From NCBI RefSeq assembly GCF_964204645.1, contig NC_134033.1:392131-456130 (forward strand): a stretch of 64,000 nt of DNA. The letters run 5' to 3'. Below the pieces are notes generated by a model that ran no database searches, was not told where the DNA came from, and saw only the letters and a program-made list of their open reading frames with translations. The DNA is from Tubulanus polymorphus. Its lineage: Eukaryota; Animalia; Nemertea. Below are positions 13,631 to 27,333 of this stretch, piece by piece (positions within the stretch are counted from its first letter, which is position 1; every line of letters starts with the position of its first letter). The position numbers and the translations under genes are program-made.

Positions 13631-15321
13631 GCCGTTTCTTTAGAGTCAGTATTACTACGGTTTTAGTCTTTCGGGAGTGGTCTGAGTTATGACCCTTGCG
13701 GGATGTCCATATCGTTGAAACTTTTGGAAATGGATGCCATATTCCAAACTTCGTTTTAACCTGAGCATGGATCGGAGTTGTCCTAAGCATGGATCGGAGT
13801 TGTCCTAAGTACGGAGTCGGTTGAATTAGATTTGCATCGCTGATGAAACAAACGAATCTTTTTATTTTCATTCCAAGGTTCTAATTTTTTTCGCTGATGT
13901 TTTTGGTGTCAAAAGCTCAAATATCTCACTGTCTGTTGTAGGGGCGTCTCTCATAGTTTCGCTCGTAATTAGTTTCGACGTTTCGCATCACGATTTGTTT
14001 ATTATCGTTTTATAATGAACCTATAGGATTTATTTCCTAATAAAATGTTGATTTAGTGAAATATTTCTAGTTTCGAGATGGATACAGTTCTCGGTACTGG
14101 CCACCGCAATATAATACACACTGTTCCGAGTTTTGTAAACGTGCCTTTCATTACGGAGGAGGTCGTTCAAGTCTCCCGATAAGGAAGGTCCTCTGAAGAC
14201 CTCTCAGGGTATCTAACCATCCTCTACTCTGGAGGCTAGGGAGCTAGGGTTATCCTAAACATTCCTGTTAGTTTATTAGTTTATTCCTGTCTGATAAATC
14301 TGATAATTAACACGGTTAAAGTAGTGTCTCATACCGGCTGTGAGTGCATAGCTTTATAAATTAAATCACACTTTTTGTATCTATGGGGGGGGGGAGGTTC
14401 GGGTGGTTACTGACACACCAGATATAGCTACCGTTCTGTGTAGAATAATTGTCCATTAACGCTTTGAATTCATGCGTAATATTCATAATTAGCAACAACA
14501 GAATTTCGTGAAATTTCGTAGATAAAACGTACTGAATTCACCGTCACGCTAGCGTAACGATTGTTACGTCATAAACGCCTCGCTACTACGCGTTCATAAA
14601 TATCAACAATAACGCTCGTTACAGCGCAACAATTAACTCTTTTCATAATTATCATAGACTTTTGATTATCATGATTATCTTATTGTTAATGCAGTTGTAA
14701 AATAGAATAGTTAATTTTAACAAATAGCCTGCTCTCTCTCGCTCTCTCTCTCTGTCTAGTGTTGTGAGGCCGCCAGGAACCCGAGAGTGGTATAGCGGCA
14801 GTTCGCTCTAACCGATCAGTACTGACATGGTTTAGACTACCCGGTGCGAAGCTCCGCGGGGGGTTGTCAGCGATTACTTTCGTCCGAATATGATTGACAT
14901 ATGTCGGGGGTAAGAAGTTAGTCCGCCAACGAGTCCAGACCCGGTTTATAGCACTCGGCATACTTTTCTAATTAGTGGAGACCCTGAAAAATAGTGCTAA
15001 CTGTTTTTCTTTAACTAATTGGGACAATACAGCAGCTAGTTCCACGTGGGTTCAAACTTATAACTTCAAACTCCCAAAGTTACGATGAGTTGAATCAGTG
15101 CATTTTCAATATCTCAAACTCTACTAGAGTAAAACCGGGTTCAATAGACCAGAAATATCAGAGTTATTGAAAACTATAGACCAGAAAATCAGAGTTATTG
15201 AAAACTACTGTTAATGAATTCTAGATCTAGAACTAATTGATTCGGGAACTAGATCCATCGGTTCAGAAAATGAGATCTTGAAAAATGTTTATAAATCCTG
15301 AGCTTAGCGAAATGGCTGCTA

Positions 15322-15322
<1 letters not shown>

Positions 15323-15397
<75 letters not shown>
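15323..15397 (+). repeat. (CTG)~25 microsatellite
   Basis: Direct observation. Confidence 0.97.
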
Positions 15398-15398
<1 letters not shown>

Positions 15399-15883
15399 AC
15401 TAAGTTTGATCTCTCTTTGTTAGAAGAATCAGAAAGCACTGTTGATGACTGGAACTGACTATAGAACAGTTGAGATAATTGCACGTAGCTCAAACTGACT
15501 AGAAGTTTAAGTGTTTTAATAGTTATCGGTCTGTTGATATCGATACTCTGTGTAAACTTCGCTCGTACTACAAGCAAGTAATAAATACGTATCTCCAGTA
15601 TATATCCCATCTGTATCGCACTGGCGCGCGCGCGCATGCGCGTTACTACTGACCGGAAGTCAGCATCTTAAGGGCAAATCGGTGCAAATTATGACGATGC
15701 ACACACAACCAACCAAACATAAATTCGTAACCGACAGAACGGAACCTACGCGTAAACATTAGAATTCTTTACCGGGTTTTAGTCCTGTTCCGGATAAGGG
15801 GGACTAAAACTTATCTCAGAACACGAATCACTTGGGAAATATAATTCAAAATTCGTATCTGATTTATCCTCTATGAGTTAGGA

Positions 15884-15935
15884 GTTTATTCAAGACGTTT
15901 CGACTTGATCCTAACAGTCATCTTCAGCAATAAAC
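15884..15935 (-). ncRNA. Minimal hammerhead ribozyme motif (antisense in the Zic intron)
   Basis: Minus strand reads GUUUAUUG-CUGAAGA-U-GACU(guuaggauca)AGUC-GAAA-CG-UC-UUG-AAUAAAC: intact cores, 4-bp stem II, GUC triplet, complementary flanks. Confidence 0.6.
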
Positions 15936-17951
15936 CTTACACGTTTTGAGTATTACCGAATTATCATAGTTTCATCACGCGTTTCATCAATATTTGATTA
16001 TAGTTGATTTATATTGACAATTCTGAAATTCTGATCTCTGAAAACCTCTTCGGATTATCGGCTGCTCGTTGGTAGTCTCGCTAAATCCGCCGTCGTTAGG
16101 CCGGCTAGAGCGGAATGTCAAGGTCGTATCAATGGCGGATCGCGTGCTGTCAGTCAGTCGGAGAGTTTGTATTATTATTTTTTTCCTATATAAAACGAGG
16201 AAGTCGGGAATTTATTTCACACCATATGTGACAGCGCGTTATCGAGGCGTTCATTATTTCAATGTGTTCTGGCGTTAAAAGCTCTCTGTGCGACACAATA
16301 CGTTTCTATTTTAACTCTTTATATCGTTGTGACTGGTACTGACAGACTGACTGAGTGTGTGTCACGCCGCTCATTTCTATAAACTAACAGCACTTTCTAT
16401 TTTCATTTTTTATGTAAATTTCTAGGTCTCCTTTCTTGCGCCTATGGGTAGGAAATATATTTTCTGAACTACACGTATTAGGTCAGAGCAGCCTTTCTAC
16501 CCATATTTCCTAGCTCTAAGCCGTTTGAAGACTTTTTAATGTAGATTTCTAAGCATTCATACTGATTGGCTTAAGTGCTCCTTTAACCTAGTACACAAAT
16601 AAGAACTGCCTTTTTATCCCTATTTCTTCACTAGACGATTTAAAACTGACTTTCCCTTTTTTCCAATAGCAAATTTCTAGACCTTCTTACCTAATAGGCG
16701 AAAATATCATTTCTTTTTTAACCTAGAAAATGTAGGATGAATATGAAGCCTCTCCGTGTTCGTTCTCTCGAGAGGTAACACGGTTCAAAAAATCAGTTAA
16801 AATGTGTTTAGAGTATAGAATATGTTGCTTATATTATGCGTACTTATTGCGGTCGTGTCAGAATCCGATGTCAAAAATGCATCGGCCTCCGCGCGGGGTG
16901 GGCTACACGGTGCCTGCTACTGTACGTCTAAAACGGAAATTCGAAACCGAAACGAACTTCTAGCCTCCCCTCTGCGCTGTCAAATCGAATGTAAACAGGA
17001 CTAAAACCCGGCAGTACGTGTTTAACATAACACATATTACTTAAACCTGTCATCGGTGCAGAGATTAGAATACAGATCGACAGATCGCCATATCAACAAA
17101 AACTTAATCAGTTCTAATCAATATTCGCGCTCATGTCAAATTCAGTCCGTACCCTCAGTCCAATTCCGTATTTATATGGTGGCGCTAGTGGTCAGGAATG
17201 TTCGCAATGACCCTAACGCACTTGTTGACTGCAGTAGTGTAATGAATAGTATGACTGATAACACGCGTATTATTAGATATATCTCCATCAAGGACACTTG
17301 TCGCACTAGTTGATTTAATCATTTACAATCTAAACCTGTTTGAATCGCTCTAACTAAACCCCGAGTTTATCATAGGAACTACGTAGCTGATTTTGTCCAA
17401 AAACTTTTCTTCCAAAATTGCTTGCGAACTTCTAAAAACTGGCTAAAGTTTCGAAATTGAGTTCGGTTCAGAGTTGAACGGACAAATCGTAGTGAATTTA
17501 CGGGTTGGTCTCGAACCTTCCGGATAGTGTGCGTGTTAGTCTATCACAGCTATAGAGTATGAATTGATTGTTCTAATATAAAGCATTCACGTTTTAATTC
17601 TCTGCTCTCTCTCCGTCAGATTGGCTTCATCATACTCAAACTATGCGTGCAATTTACACATATCAGCTCTTTATATAAACATCTTCTATACTATACATGT
17701 ACACCACTCTCCATCATATAGACTGACATAGTCTAAATCCCCCTATGACATCATCATCTCAATGTAGTCTACAGACCTTTTTTCGTAAATATGACCGCCC
17801 CCTATTATATCGTTAAGGAAAATCACGATTAAGCTAACAATAACAGACCCGGCAGTTATAGAAATGAACTGATTACAGATTTGATTGCAGTTTACAAAAG
17901 TGACCCGGCCGATTAGGAGAAACAAGGTATCATTATCTAGCCCAGTATAAG

Positions 17952-18071
17952 GTCTGTACGCCTGATGATGGCTAATAGTGTTTAACCGAAAACGTTTGCT
18001 CAAAATATATAAACTCTTCTATTCAAGAATTTCTCATCTTTGACAGAAGCATTGTGGGATTTCTCTCGTCG
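17952..18071 (+). mobile_element. 120-bp solo pLTR fragment of the same Penelope family with a degenerate hammerhead
   Basis: Colinear with 59417-59525 (gtacgcctgatgatggctaatagt...aactcttctattcaag...attgtgggatttctct). Flanked by the 14-bp TSD TAGCCCAGTATAAG (17938-17951 and 18072-18085). Confidence 0.85.
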
Positions 18072-21000
18072 TAGCCCAGTATAAGTCATAAGTTTAACGA
18101 AGCCCCGGATAGAAACTCGGGACGTGGACCCACTCACTCACTCGCTCGCTGAGTGTGGTGAGAACCGGTCCAATCCGTGTCTAAATCTATCAAACTAATG
18201 TAGCTAATTTGTATACAAGACGAATTCAATGGTTTTTGACGACGGTTTAAATGCTTCAGAGTAAAATCAGCCGGTTCTCCATCGGTTGCCATCTGCTTGG
18301 TGAATCCCGATAAACAATCAACCGGGCCACATTTTATATTTTAAAATTCACGATTTTATTGTAAACGATGAATTTTAAAAATATCGTGCGCGATTGCGTT
18401 TTTCAACAACGGGACCCGACAACAACTCGAGAATTAAATTCGATCCTATTCGACTGGTAGATTGTATCTCTATTAAACGCTGTTTACGTCGACAATACGT
18501 TCAACGCTATTTAAAACTAACTTGTTCGAACACGTGATTAAAACGAGTGCCATTATTGTCGTGACGTCACACACACACAGTAGCGGCGAAATACTAGAAA
18601 TAACTATTAGAATTTTTTTTGTTGTTGCTTTTTCAACAAAACTTCTCTTTCGGAGAATGGAGTTTGAAAGACGAACCGTAAGCGACTGATAACGAGTGTT
18701 TTGATAGGTTGGTGTTCGGTAGGCTCGCTATTAATGCCTACGCGAGCATGTAATACGCGACAAGAAACCCTTTTTATAAAAGTGCCCTCCATAAAAACGT
18801 TCGACAAAAAGCTTTAGAAACATTATAGGTTTTAGGAGTTCATAAAAGCGAATAGGGACTATTGTGACGATGTCAGTTTTATAGCGAGTGTTCGGAGCCC
18901 TGTTTATATTCGCGAATAGAATTTTACAAGCACTTTACTTTACAATACGATATTCTATATGATATATGGGTTTTAGATATTTTAAGTTTCGCTCGTCGTA
19001 AAACGCTTGAAGCCAAACTTAGCTTTACATCAACTAAACAATTATTGATTAGTGATTATGGCTTTATGAGTACGGGGGGAGGGGGTGTTAGGTAGGTAGG
19101 TGTCAAGATCGTAAAATATTTTGTTTACATGAATTCAGTCTAGATATCATAAGGAACCAGTTGACACCTTCTAGTCGTCGTAGCGGGGGTTCCTCTTTGA
19201 TCCCAAGTGATATCAAAATTTTTGAAAAATATCCTAAGTTGAATGTTTGCCTCTAATTCGACCCCTGGTAGGATACGATACGGTTATATATGATTATCGG
19301 ATGTAGACTGGATTTATCAAAACTTATAAGGAATTTTGGTTCCGCTGAATTGTTCAAGAGTTGGAATCATAATTTCATTTTTGTAAGTGAAATTCTGTAA
19401 TCTATCGCAACCGATACAATCATCCATATTGCGATTCCGTTAAGACCTGTTACTAAAAAAAAATATTACTTGACGAATTCTTTATGCAAATATTTTGTCT
19501 AAATTAAAGTCGGACTTATGTTGACCCAACCAGTTCAATATAAATATAGGCCTGACTTACAGACCCCGCTGCACCGAATAACCCTGAACTTCTGTTAACT
19601 AGGTATATGTGTAATATATAATCCATTTCACGACTATTGACCAACACCGCCACCGCCGCGGTGGCAAATTAAACCTCAACAATGAATCGACGCTTACAAG
19701 TGTCGCGCAGCAACAACGGGGCTACTTCCGGTCAGTCGTAATTACCGACTCCTTTCTACAAATGATATCGGCGACCTTGAGATGAAATTTGCATATTCGA
19801 GGAGTTTCTGCGTTTATTCCCGAAATCAATTCAACCATTTCAGACATTTATTCATTAACCCGTGATGATATTGAGTTTAGAGAGAGAGATTAAATTATCA
19901 CACGTTGTCACGTGGTCAGTGTTTAGTACGGGTCCGTTAATTTCATTGTCCGTCCAAAAATATTATGACATTTATTGTAAATGCAAAATAAGTGCCCGAA
20001 TCTCACGCCCTCTTTTGGGGATTTGTCAAATCGTTACTTGATCTGGTAAATGATTGATTCATTAAGCCATTTGTCTGGCAATAATCAGTGACGTAACTTC
20101 AAAAACATAGTGCCCGTGTCTAATCCCATCCGGGCTGGTAACGGGTGTTAGAGGCACCCCATGGTGTGTCTGGGCCCCCCCTAGGTGTGTTTGGGCCCCT
20201 TCGGTGAGTCTGGACCCCTAGGTGTGTCTGGGGCACCCCTGTGGTCAGTTGCTGTCACTGGCCAAGCAAAATGGGCTGTAAATATCAAATTTTCATCATT
20301 GAATAATGCAGACAGTGATTTTGAGGTCTTCCATCTATGGATGTCATTTCAAAATTTGAATTTAGCGGAAAACAATTTTTGTTTGTGCGCAAAAGATTCG
20401 CAAATTTCAGCGTCATTTTGTAGTTTGCGACACTGGTTTTTGTATTCTAAAAACCAGCCGTCCAAATCGCCAGTAGAATCGGTGCGAATTCAATAAATAG
20501 ATTCGAATTTGAAAATAACGGTCGACCTGCTGTTACCACGCGACAGGTCAAACGAGATGAAAAATGAAATGCGGGACCCGAAACGGACAAAAGCCCGACC
20601 GATACGGTCCAAGAGGGAATAATAGTTCTCGGTGATACGGTCCAAGAGGGAACAATAGTTCTCGGTGATACGGTCTACTCGAGGTCCATTCGAGGGGCGC
20701 CGCGAGAGTAACACGTTTTTTTTAACACGGTGATTTCACTCGTAAACGCGCTCTTTCAAACGCGTCCAAAACTTTGTTCGAAGTCACGTCCGAACAGTAA
20801 GCAGCAGCCGGTCTGTGTGTGGCCCTCTGGACCATACGGCCCCTGGACCCCCCTACCGTCTGTAGAATCGCTAATACCGAACAGCCGTTGATTACGGTGC
20901 CCCGTGGCGCCCACATCTATATCCACCAGATGGAGCCACTTGACGCTATAGTCGTCGACAATACTCGATTTATCGATATTGAAAAGACGACCATCTGTGT

Positions 21001-21131
21001 GACTGGGGTTGGCTAAATTACTATTGTCAGTCCTGGGGTATCATACGGAGGATCTCACCAGGGGGCGACACATACCACGACGTTTCACTTTCGTTGTTTT
21101 CATCGCTGCTCCGAGGAGGATTCACTATATC

Positions 21132-21572
21132 AGAGATTCCTCTCGGGATTCCCCTCTACAGAGATTCTGTCTCTACAGAGATTCTTCTCTCTACAGGGAT
21201 TCTCTCTCTCTACAGGGATTCCCCTCTACGGGGATCCTCTTTCTACAGGGATTCCCCATCTACAGAGATTCCCCTCTACAGGGATTCCCCATCTACGGGG
21301 ATCCCCTATACATGGATTCCTCTCTACAGAGATTCTCTCTCTACAGGGATTCCCCATCTACGGGGATCCCCTATACATGGATTCCTCTCTACAGAGATTC
21401 TCTTTCTACAGGGATTCCTCTCTACAGAGATTCTCTCTCTACAGGGATTCCTCTCTACAGAGATTCTCTCTCTACAGGGATTCCTCTCTACAGAGATTCT
21501 CTCTCTACAAGGATTGCTCTCTACAGAGATTCTCTCTCTACAAGGATTCCCTCTACACGGATTCCCCTCTAC
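21132..21572 (+). repeat. 16/17-bp minisatellite with higher-order blocks
   Basis: Alternating gattcctctctacaga / gattctctctctacagg units. Confidence 0.92.
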
Positions 21573-22852
21573 ATGCTGTTACAATGAGAACAGATTTATC
21601 GATTAATCATTCTTTACCAAATATGGACAGAACTAAACGGCCTATTTGAATATTTTATCAGCTGTTTATTTCGATACTTTATTCATTATCGAAAACAACG
21701 TTTTTTGTTTTGTGTTTTTGTATCAAAAGAACAATAATCGAATCGCATTTGTCAGTTCAGATTAGTTTGAATAGATATCTGTATCGCGCGCTATTTGTCC
21801 AGATTTACTAAACTCAAATAACTAACTATGAATATTGCGTTGTTTATGGCAGGCAGGCAGGCAGGCAGGCAGGCGGGAGCCTGTATGGGCCTGCAGGAGC
21901 CCGTAGGAGCCCCATGCTGCGTGGAATCAGAACCGATGATAAATCTGTTCACACAGAATTCAACAATCGTTTATGAAATGTTTTTTCTATTCTCGTGAAC
22001 AAAAGACGTTTGCATTGTGTAACAAAATCGGAACAAATTGTATTTTATTAGAATGTAGAATCAGGTTGTTTATTCGCCGTTTTTTATAACTCATATTTAT
22101 ATCCGTTTTATTTGAATATTTGATATTTGCTGTTTTTTTCTATACAATTCGATGATATAGAGTCTTTTATGTTGGGCAGATTTTTGAATCAGAGTTAGGT
22201 CGATTGAAAAAAACAATTACAATTCAACAACTGGATCTAGAATCAAATTAAAAGCAAGGTCGCGTTTCGCTCTTTGAAAATTCACGCGTAAAAACGAGAG
22301 AGCATTTCTACTCAACGTAGTTTGCGCCTAAAATTTCGATTAAGATTTTGATATTGCAAAATATTTTCAAGAATTTCAATCATATAAATAATCTTTTCAA
22401 ATTCTATAAAGAATTCTGTAAACATGTTTCGCGGGAAGAATATAGAGAAATCTCTACCAGAAACCGAGTCGCCCCCTACCTCCCTCCCTCCACCCCTCAG
22501 CCCCCTTCCCTCCACACGATATGTCAGGAAATTAGCGGGACTCGAATGCGAGATATTTATGTTAATTTTTTATTCTATACCACCGCAGCAGCAGCAGCAG
22601 CAGCAGCATCGCCTAGGAAACGAAAATCAGTTACGATTTATATTCAAACAATTAATATAAATCAACAGGAAATAGTGATTGACAGACGAGCGACTGCGTG
22701 TAACGGGCACTGAGCGGGCACTGACTCTCACCGAGCTCCATATTTGAATATGAATTCATATTTCATTATTTATTCGCATTGATGACAGCAGCAGCAGCGA
22801 TAGCGACACATGTCACCCCAACACTTACTGTGTACGTCTGATTATAGAACAG

Positions 22853-22935
<83 letters not shown>
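22853..22935 (+). repeat. (ATT)~27 microsatellite
   Basis: Direct observation. Confidence 0.97.
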
Positions 22936-25900
22936 GATAATTTCACGCTATGATGAACATATGAATTGATTTCATTTATAATGAGGAAATGGACGATCGT
23001 GATTTTAACGGTTTTAAAGTATAAATTATTGAATTTAAAACGATTTATGAAATTCCGAATATCATATTTTTTCTGTGAACACAATTAAATTCTACAAATC
23101 GCGGGCAAAGTGTGTGATATTTCACTATCGAGGTTTAGAGACGCATCATACAGATAATAAACACTGATGTTCTATTATGAAATGTAATTTTGAAACCAAA
23201 AGAATTTCCTTGAATTCACAGATCGCAGAACGCGCGTGCGCGGTTCCGTAATCCTACCATCGTAATGTCCGACTAAGATGTATGATAAATGTATTTGTAA
23301 TAATCTCCTTCGATTTCGCCCATTTCTCCTGAGCAAAAAAATATCTTTTCACCTTTCAATGAAATTATTACAAAACGTTTGATAGTATTATGTAGCTATA
23401 TCATTTTGAATTAGATATACCAATCTCAATATAGATGACCAGCTTCATTAGATATTTATATCGCTTAGATATACCAATCTCATTACGTTTATACATGTAC
23501 ACTAAAAATCCGCACTGAATGATATATCAATCTCAATACGGGTTTCTGATATATCGATATCATTGTGCTTACAAATCTCATTAAATGTTTACCTATTATG
23601 AATATTTCCAGCTATATTTCGAGCTGACGAGTGCGCAATTTATATCTTAATATCTCAATATCTCGATACAAAAAAATCGAATCTCAATTTTTTATTTTGT
23701 CCGTGATATATTAATATGATTTTCTGAGAGTTTCTAATAAACAATCATCACATCGGAACCACCTGACATCATCACCAGGTGCGCGTAGACGTGTGAGACA
23801 CACGTGTGTGTCAAACGCGAACAAATATTTAATAAACTACAAGAGAACAAATAAAACATATTGAGAGTAGTTAACGATACATCCAACTATCATCGTCATC
23901 TTCATCGTCTGCTCGTATCGATCACAGCTCAGCGAGTATCGGTAAATATATCGCCTATTCAATCTCTGTTTGTTATCCTATCGGAAAAGGCGTCTAATAT
24001 CGCAGCACTTTGACGTCCCCCCTCCGAGTGATAGTTCACGCGATCGCTGATTAAAAATCAAAATATCCGCGGCGCCCGGTGAATGTTAAATATCACTTTC
24101 GAGCGTTTTTTGAATTTTATTTCCCTCGTGAGTTGAAATGAAATACGGGACGAAATTGATCATTTTAATATAGATTGATCAATCGCACTAGGAGCCATCC
24201 ACTTCAATCGGAGCTAACCCACTTCAATCTCATCAATTCGCTGTGATTTTTAATTCGGGAATTGATTTCATCGAATAACGACAAATATTTACCCAAAGTT
24301 TTCGAAAAGAGTTTCATAATATTTCAACGCGTGACGGCGTTAAAACTCGATCCTAATTTCACGAAAACGTTAAACATGAATTTAGTGTTTAATCGCTAAT
24401 TGTTTCTTCATAGTTTCATCTTTTTACCGAGGCCGATAATTCAAACTAAACCATTTTAAGCTTAATTTGAATCGTGATTTATCCGCACAGAAATCGTTTT
24501 AGGAATTTTATATTGTAACTTTAAAATCAGAGCCTAAACAGAGTCAAAATCGAATAACTAAATTTCATAAATTCTCAAATATTTCTCGTCACTATTTTAC
24601 GAAATCAAGTAACACAATATTTTCCTATTTTCCGGAATATTTCGATTCTATTTTTCGTTTGCTAAAGAGAGAAATATTAGCGAATTTCTGCTAGTATTCT
24701 ATTGCGAATCAGTGCAAGCTCACTGAGACCCGGTCGGTGCGGGCCGGCGACCAAACGCGGTGCCTTACCCGGAACCCACTCAATCAGAAAATATTTTGAC
24801 AACACGGCCGCACTCGAAATTAATAACCCAACTAATTAATTTCGTTAATTACTGGTAATTGTCGGGTTAGCGTCGCGGCGGACATCATTTGTCACCGGGC
24901 TAATTATAGGGTGCATAGCAACCTACGCGCACTTTCCTATCGCATTGTTGTAACTCGAAATAGAGGCCGTAGCCTCGGTCTGTTGTAGCCCGGTGTCCCC
25001 CTGTAGAGAACTAACAGATGCTGGACTTGCTGGAGGTCCGCAGGAATATACCTCCCTCCCTACCCAGAACTCTCCCGCCGGCGGTCGCGCAGAGACAAAC
25101 AACTAAAACCATTATTACTCAGAAACTCGGCACAAAAACATCAATCTCTCGATTCGGTTTGAAGTCGGAAAATTCTGTAATGAATTCTATAAATTCTGAT
25201 TTTGCGAAACAGCAAATTTTTTCACGGTGATTTGATTCGCAAAATGTAATAATTACTTCGAATTCGAGTTCGAATTCAATATTTCAATCTGATAATATAG
25301 CTGGGTTTTTGAGAGCACATCTGCCGAGGTTGGTATGCGATGGACTCGGGAGGGGGCCCCAGAACCGGCGACACCATCAAAGCTATTGGCGTTACATGCT
25401 ACATTAAACTGGTAGGGTCCACCTGGGAGCAAACCTTTCAAAATAAATCCCACTCGAAACTCGCAAAAAATCTGTCGCACCATATTTTCACTGATTGATA
25501 CTATTGTTATCGGTGTTTAAGATAATCCGCTAATCCGATATAAAGTTTGTGATAATCCGTCAAATTCGTAGCCGATATTCTACCGGCTAATTGTGTCGCA
25601 TTGTTTGTCAGCATCATCTCGTTTAGCTGCGGGAGATCTCGTATCGGGCGAGACTTTGCCCGCGAGCTATGGATGAATGCGAAATGACCCCTCGGGATGA
25701 TCAGTCGCTTACCGCAGGCTGTTTCTACACCCAGTCAAACACAAACAAAGCTTACATTTTGGAAGTTAGTTCCCGTTCGATATTTTTCGATTTTTATAAA
25801 CTCAAAGCGGCGGCTTATGTCGCTACATTTTTACCGATAAAGTCGTCTTAATTTGTAATGTAATTCACTGTTAGTTTGATAAATCAGTATTCTTGGTAAT

Positions 25901-26389
25901 TCTAGCTCGAGGAAATATTTTAGATTAATTTTTTTCAACTTCATATTATACAGGGTATTGGCCTATATTGCCGCTGAAAGCCTATATTTTACCAAATAGA
26001 TAACAGGATCAATCCCTATTTCAAGATAGGAAAGCCTATATTCTGAATGGGTTTGACTGTACAGTATTTGACGCTGTCTCGCTATGATACAGGTATTAAA
26101 ATCCTACTTCTGCTGCCTGTACGGAACGGATACAGACCTCAGTATGAAACTATGCCAGCTATTCGGCCCACCCTGAGATCCTGTTTGTCTAAGATGGTGA
26201 TAATTTCTGATAATTCACTTACGAATGAATGTCGGTATGTGAATTGTTTGCCGGAATCGAATTTCTACCTAAGTTGACTCTAAAAACAATCCGCACACAG
26301 TTAGAGTGTACCCTGGCATGCGAACCGAGCACTTTTTCCCTTATTGACATTTTTTCATGTACTTCTAAAACACAAAACACGTGTCGAAT

Positions 26390-26745
26390 TTTATTTCTCA
26401 CAATCCGCGGTTCGTTTTTTAATTTTAAAAATGCAAAACTTTTCATTTTGATATCTATAATTGTTTCACAGAAAATCTAAACATTTCACTGAAATGTCGA
26501 TTAACTTTGCTGAAAGGTATTCAAATTGATAAAGTTAAAAAATCTTTTGGTTATTCCTGAGATTTCATTCCTCACAATCGGCGGTTCGTTTTTGAAATAA
26601 ATCAGAAAATGCGAATTCCACACCGAAATATCGATAATTTAAAGAATCTTAACATTTCACTGAAATATCTATAATTCTTTAGCCCTTGACTTATTTAGAT
26701 TGATTACGTCTTAAAGCTTTTAGTTATTCCTGTAATTTCAAACTA
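26390..26745 (+). repeat. Old ~175-bp tandem duplication
   Basis: ctcacaatc.gcggttcgttttt, aacatttcactgaaat and gttattcctg each occur twice, ~170-180 bp apart. Confidence 0.7.
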
Positions 26746-27333
26746 TTTCGGTATTTTTTTTCTGCTGACTGTAAATTTTCTGACTGACGTTTGATGAGAA
26801 GTTTTGAGTAGATGTTGAGTGGAGTTTGCACAGACTAACAGGAAGTAAACAGCTCTCACGCTGAGTTAACTGACAGGATATCACATGTTTTTTAAAGTTC
26901 ACCTGCGCATGCGTGTACCGACGATGAACCGATTGACTAAATATATGTATATTAACATATACAAACATCCGGTCACGTGCTCTCATTTACATGCACGTTT
27001 GACGGTTAATAACGTATAAACTTTTTCATTGGCCACAATTGAGTTAATTTTGTTTAAACCAACAGGACACTGGGAACTGATTCTTACAAACTATTAAAAT
27101 AAATTATTTTAGAGCCCGGCACATCCCAGGTTTCTGATCCAAACAAATATTTCCATGATTCTATCGGTGGGGGGAAGTTCATAATTTCTTTAGGAAATTC
27201 CCTAAAATTTATTTTGGGCAAACAGTTCATTCATGAATTAAGATCTTGAATTTTTATTTCATTTTGTCTCAAACAAATTGACGATTTTTATACTTCAACT
27301 AATCCGTCGTATATTTATCTCGTATGATTTCAG

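Larger units (their letters stand above)
6258..27333 (+). other. 21,076-bp phase-1 GT-AG intron of Zic (the conserved bilaterian intron in the ZF3-ZF4 linker)
   Basis: GT at 6258, AG at 27332-27333. Joining gives an uninterrupted HTGEKPF linker. Confidence 0.93.

Noticed and set aside
15263-15637. Poly-Ala ORF on the minus strand
   Set aside because: Driven by the (CTG)n microsatellite; flanks are not protein-like.
21009-21649. Overlapping 90-192 aa ORFs
   Set aside because: Products of the 16/17-bp minisatellite; no unique domain.
9204-25383. TCF/LEF sites (CTTTGAT/ATCAAAG) in the Zic intron
   Set aside because: About five 7-mer hits, no more than chance in this length.
25275-25440. Possible SINE/LINE tail fragment on the minus strand (ctcccagg...gtgctct...ccagctatattat)
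   Set aside because: Single copy in the window with no TSD seen; cannot be supported without a repeat library.
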